Made by a program: the position numbers and the translations under genes | The notes under the pieces: generated by a model | What the model was told of the DNA's origin: nothing | Databases searched by the model: none | Seen by the model: only the letters and a program-made list of their open reading frames with translations | NCBI RefSeq assembly: GCF_006345805.1 | Contig: NC_043004.1 | Coordinates: 15,810,001-15,874,000, forward strand | DNA length: 64,000 nucleotides | Source of the DNA: Octopus sinensis | Lineage: Eukaryota | Direction: 5' to 3' | Part shown: positions 52,981 to 64,000 of the stretch, in pieces | Layout: each line of letters begins with the position of its first letter | Position numbering within the stretch: position 1 is the stretch's first letter

Positions 52981-54289
52981 TTATATATGAACGTACACTT
53001 ATGTATGCAAGTGGATTGTAGATTGTAAGAGCGCAAGAGATGGGGAAACTGTTAGCACAATCCTCTCATCCTGATGAGGTTTCTGGATTTCTGCGCAGAG
53101 CTTGTCATTTAGCATTCAAATCAAAAAGATCGCTGTCAAAGATATACACACTGTAGAGATACAGCATCACATTTACTGATCACTATGGAACAGATCTCCT
53201 GCATCCGTGTCACGCCGGCTTTGACATTACAAGTAATCCATCATCCACCGACTATCCGCTCGATATCATCCATTTTCATATATTTCGTATTTGCTATTCC
53301 CAGGTATAATTCTTTTTTGGATTTTGCTTTTATTTTTCTCTGGTGAACTGACTTTTGCCAATCCGTCCCACATTTCCGGAGAACATCAAATCGAACGAAC
53401 ACTTTTATGGCATCTGAAAGGCGAGTAATCACTCGTGTTTGACGTTTATCGTTTTGTAAGAAATTAAAAAAAATAATAAATACATAAGCAAGGTATATAA
53501 AGATGCGAACATTTTTTTTTTTTTTTTGTATTCACCTAGTTTGATAAAAAAAAATAGAGGAGAAAGCATAAAATATTTGTATACAATGTAAACTGTATTT
53601 GACGATAATCCGTTTCGAAAAAATACGTACGGTTCTTTTCAGCTACCGAAGCAAATGGTGAATGGACAATGTATGAAAATATACACACACACACACACAC
53701 TCACATAGATACGTACATACACACATATACTAATTCATTCAGCAAAAAAAGCGTGGTACTTTTTTTGTCATGTTGGTGCATCGGTGAATAGAGCAATACA
53801 CCTCTTTGGAAACTATTACCGAGGAACTGGATGGTTTAGAATTACACTAAAATTATTCAACGTTAAACCGAAGATAGAATTCACAAAACAGGAATTTCAT
53901 ATGGTTTCATGAAATTGCTTTACAAAATCACTTATAATAGTTGATCGACACCTCTTGAATATTGACATCATTTAGCCCAACTAAAGAATATTCAACCAGA
54001 TAATTAACATTTCCTAACACTATATAATGAGGAGTTATTCGCATCACGTCATGCAGAATAATTTATCACACTCCTCTGTTAGTCTATTACGAAATAACAA
54101 TTGCCTTCCTTAGTAGCATAAGCGATAATATTTTCTTTAAAGCTCAGCTGCAAAAAAATGGATGCATATTGGAAGAATAAAACCTAAGAAAAATAAACAG
54201 GATATCATTAAAATTCCGAACTGTTTAAAAATCTTGTGGGAAAAGAAAGTGAAACATTAACCAGAAGGTAATCAGTCCAGCAATGTTCA

Positions 54290-55000
54290 GGGAAAAAATC
54301 GACTGCATCGATTTCAGTAGCCAAGTGGTAATAATTTTATCATGCCCACCATGCAATGTCGACCTAGGGAGAATTTAAACGTAATGACGGACGAGACACT
54401 GCTAAGGAATCTACCCGGTGCGGAGATGATATTGCCAACTTAGCAGAATTTGGATTCAGAGAGTAAAGACGGACGAAATGCTGCTAAGCATTTTGCTCCG
54501 GCATGCTAACGATTCTGCCAGCTCGGCGCCTTACGTAGCATATATTGGTTTACAAGTCTGGCACAAGGTCAGCATGACTAGGGCAGTGGGTAAGTCGATC
54601 ACATGGACCACTGTGATCAACTGGTACTTATTTTATCGTGCCCGAAAGGATGAAATGCAGAGTAAATCCCAATGGAATTTGAACTCAGAACATCAAGACA
54701 GACAATACGCCCCTAAGCATTTTATCCGGCATGCTAACGATTCTGCCAGCTCGTCGACTTAAAATATAACATAAATATTGGTTTCAAATTTCGGCACAAT
54801 GCCACTAATATCCAGGAAGGTGCTAAGTCGATTAAGTCTACGTCAGTGTTTAGGGGGTTCTTATTTTATTGACCTCAAAAGGATAAAATGGCAATGCTGA
54901 CTTTTGGGAATTTTAAATAAAATGACAGACAGAATACCGCTAAACATTATGCCCAGCGAGGTAAAGATACTTTTAGCTCGTCGCCTTAAACAAAACCTAA
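54290..55000 (-). mobile_element. Head-to-tail cluster of four or five diverged SINE family B copies
   Basis: CATGCTAACGATTCTGCCAGCTCG and GAATTTGAACTCAG-like segments recur in one orientation. Confidence 0.75.
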
Positions 55001-55271
55001 AAATTAGAAAGTGTCAGTCGAGCAATGAAGAAAAATACGAACAGAATATGAACTTAGTCAAACTAATTCACAAAACCAACCTCTTTTAATTTTGCTCAGA
55101 TTACTTTCAGTTTTGGTGTATTAATGCAATAGTTTAAAAATGAAGGACATTAAATAATGTTGTTTTACATCTTCAATAAAAATACAGAATAGCTCATTCT
55201 GGCCTCAACTGGGTTTAAACTGAAAGGCATTTGTTGCAACGAATGTAAACACAGAAAATCTTCAAAAGCAA

Positions 55272-55833
55272 TTGTCTTCTACTATAGCCTCGAGCCGACC
55301 AAAGCCTTGTCAGTGGATTTGATAGACGGAAACTGAAAGAAGCCCATCGCATATATGTAAATATATATGTATGTGTGTGTATATGTTTGTTATTTCTTTA
55401 TTGCCCACAAGGGGCTAAATATAGAGGGAACAAACAAGGACAGACAAAGGAATTAAGTCGACTAAAATGACCCCAGTGCTTAACTGGTACTTAATTTATA
55501 CGACCCGGAAAGGATGAAAGGCAAAGTCGACCTCGGCGGAATTTGAACTCAGAACGTAACGGCAGACGAAATACCGCTAAGCATTTTGCCCGGCGTGCTA
55601 CAGTTTCTGCCTGTTTGCCGCAGTGTGTGTGTATGTTTGTGTGTCTGTGTTTATCCCCCCAACATCGCTTGACAACCGATGCTGGTGTGTTTACGTCCCC
55701 GTAACTTTGCGGTTCAGCAAAAGTGACCGATGGAATAAGTACTAGACTTACAAAGAATAAGTCCTGGGGTCAATTTAATCGACTAAAGGCGATGCTGCAG
55801 CATGGCCGCAGTCAAATTACTGAAACAAGTAAA
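55272..55833 (+). mobile_element. 5'-truncated SINE family A interrupted by an antisense family B copy (55391-55621)
   Basis: The family A body stops in its internal TA/TG tract and resumes at about 55624. There is a TSD-like TGTGTGT(A/G)TATGTTTGT on both sides. Confidence 0.85.
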
Positions 55834-56239
55834 GCGAGGGTAAGAAAAATATGTAAAACACTAAGACAGTTGACGAAAAATATCTACAATAAAATTCTAA
55901 TTGTTAGATATAAATTTTTGCTAAAGCAAAGCAGGCGGCTGAATTAAATCTCGCGCTGTGAAGAATCAACGCAACACAACGTGCAAGTGAAGTGAAACAC
56001 AAAACAACGTGCGGTTGTGATGGTAACAAGACGTTAATGCCTCGCTGTCTGTGGATTGGCTTAAATTACACAAGAATTCCCAACATCAGATTCTTTAATT
56101 TACGAGATAAAATAACTGGTTGATCATAATCAAAATTCAGAGTTGCATCGATACACCGAAATTGAAAGCAATCTGAGCAAAATTAAAGGGGACTGCTTTT
56201 GTAGATCAATTTAACTACATGTCATAATATAATTCTTAT

Positions 56240-56245
56240 AGTGTT

Positions 56246-56295
<50 letters not shown>

Positions 56296-57290
56296 CGTCC
56301 GTGCGAGTGCGCGAATGTGTGCATTCGTATGCATGTATACATATATACATATATAAAACATGTTCGATGAATTTTGTTCACTAAAACAATCAGTAGGCAT
56401 TGCACGTTTACTAATTCGGAACAACAGTAGACATCAGTACTGTCTATAAGAAAGTTATTGAAATAACTTATTAGCCTAAAATATATATGATAACGTGTTG
56501 TGAACCCGAAATAATAGGCCCACTTATGATTTATTTTTAACATTTTAATATTTTTATTGCTTATGACTCATGTTCGGTGTGCATTTCTATCAGAGACCGA
56601 AATTTTATATAATATATACATATACATGCATACATACATACATGCATGTATATATATATACATGTATACATATATACATATATATATGTGTGTGTGTGTA
56701 TACACATATAAAAACATATAAGTGTGTGTTTGTGTCTGTGTGCATATATATGTGTGTATATATGTATATATATATACATATATATATATACACACATATA
56801 TATATGTACACACACACATATATATGTACACACACTACACACACACGCACACACGTACACATACACACACGCACACACACACACACACACTCAGCTGCTA
56901 TATATATAGGCAATTGTCAATTGAGAGGCAATATATATGCATGTACACAAATATTTATTCATATATGCGCATCTCTCTATCCGATACATTACAGAGTTTA
57001 GCTCGAGAAATGAATAACGATAAATGTATAATTCCCAAATTATGTATCGTATAACAACGCGTATATAGTCTAAATACAAAATCATACGGATGGCATAAAC
57101 ATACGTGTAAACACACAGGCATAAATGCACACAAACACACACAAATATTATACACACACACACACACATGTATATATATGTATATATACATACACACAAA
57201 CACACACGTATATATATATACATATACATACACAAATGTATGTGTGTGTTTACATTCATATTTATACATACGCGACTATACAATTATGTG
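56240..57290. repeat. Compound (TG)/(TA)/(CA) low-complexity block
   Basis: Direct reading. Confidence 0.9.
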
Positions 57291-58789
57291 GGTTTGAATA
57301 AAGATAAAATAATTGAAAAACAATATTACATAAAGGAGAAAAAATGTAGTTCCCTGTATGGTAATATCTGATGGCTAATTCAGATTGCATTCAGTGTATA
57401 TAATCTGCTTGGTAGTAAATTAATAGCAGTCAAACAGAAAGGTTATGTTAAGGTTGGTTGTAAAATAAGCATGAATTATTGCTCTGAATATATAATATCA
57501 AGTTTATAGTGTTATGCCAATAAAATTAGTAAGAGATAGATAGCTATGCGATGCTAGAATTTAGAGTTCGTAGGTTTGGTTGTTTTATTAGGGACATTTT
57601 GTAGGTTGCTCCTGAGTCGGGGTTTCAAATCTATGTCACATATTTACAACTGTAGTCAAAGCGTTGCGTACGTGTGCGCGAGTGTATTTGTGGGGGGGTG
57701 CATGTGTGCACGCGCGCGATATAAAGGGAAATAACCAGAGAGCGAAAAAACACAGGACTAGAGATCGACAGAACCAGTTAACTAGTATTTCATTTATCGA
57801 CACCAGAAAGCAAATTTATAGTCAGTAAGCTTTGATCTCAAGGTAAACACAGCCGGTACTCTATCAAATAATCCTATTCACAGTAGACAAATTAATAATA
57901 GATAAATAGAACGCATAAAATACTACTCATTTCAAAATAATAACCATGTTGGGTGTTAATAGGTTATAAAGCTCTATAATAATGGGTTAGAAAGGTCTAT
58001 AATAATGGCGTTAACTTTTGGCGCAAGGCTAGTAATTTTGTGGGACGGCTAAATTTGACGATTTTTATGTCTACTTTTATTATTTTTCAAGAACTGTATC
58101 ATGTATTTGTGAACATTCAATGGCATTGGAAACGTAAAGATTAAATTTGTATCTGAGAAAAAACGGGTAGATATGAGATACATATACGCGTAACATATGT
58201 ATTCATGTATGACACACACGTCGTTATATGTGTACTTGTTATATGCTCTAAACATGTGTATTTGAAGAGTCGTACACGTAGTCATAGTGTCAGCTAATGA
58301 ATTGAAACCATAGGGCATAAAACAATGGAACATGTATGGATGATGAATACGAAAATAAGTGATTAAGAATTATACGCAATATAACCATTCACGCACTCAG
58401 ACACCTGCACGCAAACTTACATAAACTCACGTATAATACCTATCTTTCTATACACACTCTTCAACATACACACACGTATTACACAAAAGACCACCACCCC
58501 TGTTACCATGCTGCTGAATTCTTCCTACAACACAAATTTCACTCACACGTACACATATAAACAGCCAACACCACGCACAAACACCACACACATACACACA
58601 TACACGCATGCTATTATACACACACAAACACACATACAGGTGCGCACGCACATACCCACACATACACATAGATTCCTCCTCATCTTACACTCTCCTGTCT
58701 TAGAAAGAACTTTTTGTTCACCCATTCCCTTCCGGGAATGTTGATCGTTGGCGATCCCCCCCCCTACCGTCTTGTTTACTCCGTCTCTT

Positions 58790-58824
58790 GTTTCTGAAGA
58801 GGAGCATTGCTTGAAACGTAAAAC
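58790..58824 (+). ncRNA. Minimal type I hammerhead ribozyme motif (family H1), intact core
   Basis: GTTT-CTGAAGA-G-GAGC(ATT)GCTT-GAAA-CG-T-A-AAAC. The host repeat is at about 58670-58915. Confidence 0.7.
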
Positions 58825-58992
58825 CACATTTTTTCCCTGCCCAGAGCGTCTGCTAATACTTTGCATGTACCACGTCCTCGCGTTGTTGATTTTCTTCCTT
58901 TTTCTTTCATTAATTATATAGATAGATAGATAGATTGATAGATGCGTACACATACACTCGCATGTACATACACATACACACATACACACACG

Positions 58993-59752
<760 letters not shown>

Positions 59753-59849
59753 ATATATATATACTTACATGCATACATACATATATGTAAACCAACAATT
59801 ATATACAAACACTTGTTTGATTTTTTTTTGCTGTCGTTAACCTGTCATC

Positions 59850-61620
59850 TTTCTGCTTACCTCATGATATCAGTCAAAAACAACTGTTCATTAAATGTTC
59901 GTTATTATGTATGTTGAGTTCCAGTACACTATCATCTCTGTAGATTTAATGTATTAGATTCTTTGCTATCGCTGTAGAAACGTATGTAAATATTCACCGT
60001 TCCTATCTCAACCTCTTTCACATGTAGATCTTAACTTATATACACATTTACAATTTCACAAATTATAGTCCAAAACCTCTTAGCGCTTGATTGATTGTTT
60101 TTTTATATTCTAGTTGTAATCATTTGTTGCATAATATTTAGTAATAGTTTTGTTACACGAGGCTTACATTATAAATTGTGTACCTGTGAATCCTTTTTTT
60201 GGAGGGGGTAAAGCAAGAGCAATACTTTGTTTCATGTTATTTTACGTGTCCATTCAGTCACAGGACATTACATAATCTTGTTATTAGAATGGGAATATCT
60301 ATCACATTGAATAATTCTACAGGCAGTTTATCTGTTCCAGGTGTCTCTGCATTTCTCATTGGACTAATTATCGTTTCTATTTCTTTTAAGATTTTGCTTC
60401 CATTCTCAACTTCCATATGGGACTAAAACTTCATGTTCTTATCTCTGCACATATATTTCATGTATTCAACCTATTTATTCACCATTTGCAGTATCTTTCA
60501 TTTTTGTCCTTAAGTTTACGACTTTGTGTCTTCATGCATTCGTGATGTATAATTAAATTCAGCTTATCATACATTTCTTAGAATTCATGTTGTTTACTAA
60601 CTATTTCTACTACTTGTTGTTAACCATTCGGATCAAACTGTTGGTTTGATTTCTATGTTCAGAGCAATTCTCTTTATTTTAGTTTTATATCTCTTTTGTT
60701 ATTTATACACGAATTTCTTCCATTTTAATAGAATATCATCAGGCATCCATTTTCTTCCTGTCCTTTTCACTTTCAGGCAGATTGCTTTTGTTGTGTTTGC
60801 ATGCAAGTTTCATGTTCAATCCATTTTTCCTCTATTTACCTTTTACATAACGTTCTTTTATTTATCTGTTTTTGCAAACATTCTTCCTTGTTTTGAATTT
60901 CGTCATTATATTTCTATTTATATTCTGTCTGATTTAGCAATTTCAACTATTCTCGTCTTCTAAACATTTTCATTTACTGAAGTTTGGTTTGTAATTTAAT
61001 TACTACCAGATAACAGTCTCAATAAATAACTGCTACAAGGTATGTTGTTTTGCAAGTTTCAAGCACTTTCTAAATTGTTAGTTTATATAGCCATTTAATA
61101 TCTTTTTTTGTGTCACCAACACTCTTCAATATTTATATCATTCTTGGTCGTTGTTTGACTGTTAAAGTATTGCTTTCAACAAATACATCTGTCGGTCTAC
61201 TATTTCGTTTCTTTCACCAAATCCATAACAACATGTTGTCCACTTAGTTTACTTTAGTGTCATCTGCGTTAAAATTTATCTTTATAATTATAGTATATTT
61301 AGCCTTGAAGTATGGTCTGTTTCGAAATTGTTGGCAGAATTATTCTATATATTTTTAATTGTGTCTTGTCGCGTAGGTAATACATGTACGATGCTGATAT
61401 TTAAAGATTTTACTCATTGTTACCTTTAACGCTCAATTCCAAATTATCCAATTAGTGGTTTTCTTCCAAGATTGTTCATTATTGTTTCCACTCATTTTCT
61501 GTGCTATTTCCACTACAATTCATCGTTGTGTGATTTATTCTTTCAATTCTATTATCAAGACTTCATCCACTTTCAGCTATTTCCATAGTATCAAGATTCA
61601 TTAATTTCCGTTTCTGCACA
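59850..61620 (-). mobile_element. Highly decayed LINE ORF2 (APE plus RT N-terminus)
   Basis: Minus frames give FVESNTL..KSVGD..KTTYLVA (APE end), EIETIISPMRNAETPGTDKLPVELF (compare KAPG.DGIPAE.LK) and PLQKKD..TKLLLNIMQQ..NIYIRF (RT). Confidence 0.55.
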
Positions 61621-61939
61621 ACATTTTCAAATCTTCTAGGTTAATAGAATGTTTACGTTTCGCAAATATTTAGAAGTAAAAGTTTGTTCTCAGTTTTCAG
61701 AGAAGCATTTCCATTGAGTTTGACGTTATAATAACAACGAGATGTCTTACTCGCTAAGAAAATATTCGCTTCTCTTTGCTCACTCTCAGTGCTATTTCTT
61801 TCGTCTTTGGATGTTAATCATGGTTTAATTAAAAATATATGAGAGGTATCTTCCATGAAGTTGATTATCGTTACTTTGCCACTTGGAGTGCGTTAGATGT
61901 CTCACTCATCTTGCTGTGAAACCCTTATTGTCTTATGAA

Positions 61940-62008
61940 TTGGTTCATCACTCTGTTATGATTTGGTTCATCACTCTGTTATGATTTAGTTCATCACTCT
62001 GTTATGAT
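61940..62008. repeat. 23-bp tandem repeat, three copies
   Basis: TT(G/A)GTTCATCACTCTGTTATGAT x3, with one mismatch. Confidence 0.95.
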
Positions 62009-63140
62009 TTTATTTTACGTGCACTTCAGGGGTGAGATCCCCCTTATACACTAACCTTTCCGAGACAACTTATAAACTCTACATGTGGCTATAGATATGA
62101 AATCTTGATTTTTTGAGAGGTACGTTACAGTCATGGAATCTTGAGAACTTAGTTCTGAAATCCACTGTTATATTAGTATTTTCACTAAGACGTGAAAAAT
62201 TATAGTTTTACATTAATATCAGAGTATGAAAAACTACACCAAATAATGCAATGTATGTACATAATACAGCTGGATATATAACGGTTTCTGAGGAGTATTA
62301 ATATTTTTCGATTTTACGATTTCACAATCAAATTCATTCTAGAGCAAAATAAGGACACCGACAGAGTAAAAATAGCGAGAAAAATACCAATACCAAAAAG
62401 AATCAAAAGAAGGCAAAAGAACATTAACAACACCAGCCACGATATGATGTGATGACAACAAAGGGAATTTCAGAAAAGATAATTAACAAGGTATTCTCTC
62501 GCCGAGACTGAGAGTAGCGTGGCTAAAGAACTATAAGAACCTTCAATACATGGGCTACCTGTAGAGGTATTGCTTCCCTTACGCAATAACTGACAGAAAA
62601 TCTTTTAAGCGATTATAACCTCATAATATGTAGTGCAGCTCATCTATACAGATACACAGGCATCAATTATTACACAGATTCAACCACACTGATATGAATC
62701 TATGTGCATGTGCAGCACACCTACATGTGATTATATAAATATAAATAAATATATGTGTATGTGCAGGTATTTACACACATCCATTAAATGTCTTTTGTAG
62801 ACATGTGAGGATTTTAAAGATAAAAGCACTTAAACAGTGCATCAATGCAGGGACACATCGGTGCATTTGTGTATGTGTCTGTTCAAACATGTGTTCATGG
62901 CGTGCAAGTTTGTGTATTTGTGTGTATGTAACTGAATCATGCTGAAAGGGGAAATAATTCTCTCGTACACACTTCATGATTATTATCTTTCTTTCTTGAT
63001 ATTTCGATATATTGTTGTAAGTAAAGAATATTCAGTTCAATGAAGGTAAAGGAGATTGGTTAATACAAATCCTAATCAGCAACATTGTCAAACTGGTGAC
63101 ATGCAATTTTCATTCCTTTCAAAATATGTATGTATATATA

Positions 63141-63180
<40 letters not shown>

Positions 63181-63188
63181 ATATATAT

Positions 63189-63222
<34 letters not shown>

Positions 63223-63352
63223 GAATACACATACATATGTATACATGTATATTATAGTAAGATGTAATGAATATTCATTCCAACTCCTTTTACGCTATAG
63301 ATGTCATCTTTAAAATATAGAAGTATACGCACGTACTCACATACAAACACAA

Positions 63353-63385
<33 letters not shown>

Positions 63386-64000
63386 CATACATACATATAT
63401 ATATATAATATATATATATATGAAAATTCGAATTCATTTCGTTTCATTGAAATGATGTTATTCAGTCTATTCATTCTTAAACATAAGTTGTTAAGCAGAG
63501 CTAAATGTCGTAAATATGAATCAAAGTATTGTGTTAAGAGCTTTCTGTGCATGCAGAAGCACACAATTCACACACTACTTAATTGCCGTTAACATCTCAG
63601 TAACCTAACACTTACCATCTTAAGATTCATAGAAAGTTAAGTTGTACGTAATGGCGTGCAGATTGGTGCAAATATTTCATACTTTTATATAAGAGCGACT
63701 GAAAATTTCAAGCTGCAGTGAATACGGAATTAGAGCAACAGAGCAGATTATTTGACAAGAGATGGCGTATTTTAAAATTTATTGTTTTAAACCTCATCTA
63801 TTTTTCTATATAACAGAAATATGCAAATTCTTATTGTGTGGTATACCTGAGGCAGTAAATCAATACATTTCAATGAAATCATTGAATTTTATTCTTATTT
63901 TATTATATTTATGTGAAGTAAAATGAAATTTTACTTTTGTGTGTTTCTTAAGCGTTATACTAACATATGAAATGACCTCATCTAAAATTGCTGATTATAA

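Noticed and set aside
53050-53090. CTGATGAG motif (also at 30595)
   Set aside because: No stem II/GAAA arrangement follows.
61940-62008. Repeats as a CRISPR array or C/D snoRNA
   Set aside because: The units are directly adjacent with no spacers, the context is eukaryotic, and there is no D box or terminal stem.

Overview
This is AT-rich, microsatellite-dense animal DNA. The two dominant tRNA-derived SINE families and the (TA)n/(GATA)n/(TG)n load look like an Octopus (cephalopod) genome; that is inference from recalled repeat families, not a search. Most listed ORFs are translated microsatellites or antisense repeat frames. Supported content: about 20 SINE copies from two families, decayed RTE/CR1-type LINE fragments, two Tc1/mariner relics and a Penelope-like GIY-YIG fragment. 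Three things stand out. (1) About ten minimal type I hammerhead ribozyme motifs sit in several unrelated short, (TA)n-flanked, non-coding Penelope-like/retrozyme-like repeats. Three of these carry 5' inverted tails, and one has an inverted copy of neighbouring genomic DNA inside its tail. (2) A 1.8-kb ORF1-only L1/Tx1-type element with a CCHC knuckle is inserted into the tRNA head of a SINE with a 14-bp target-site duplication. (3) A plus-strand exon at 23801-24144 encodes a divergent class C GPCR Venus-flytrap segment, with two phase-compatible candidate exons upstream. No prokaryotic features, CRISPR arrays, rRNA or true tRNA genes were seen. All alignments and folds were done by eye, and many boundaries are approximate.
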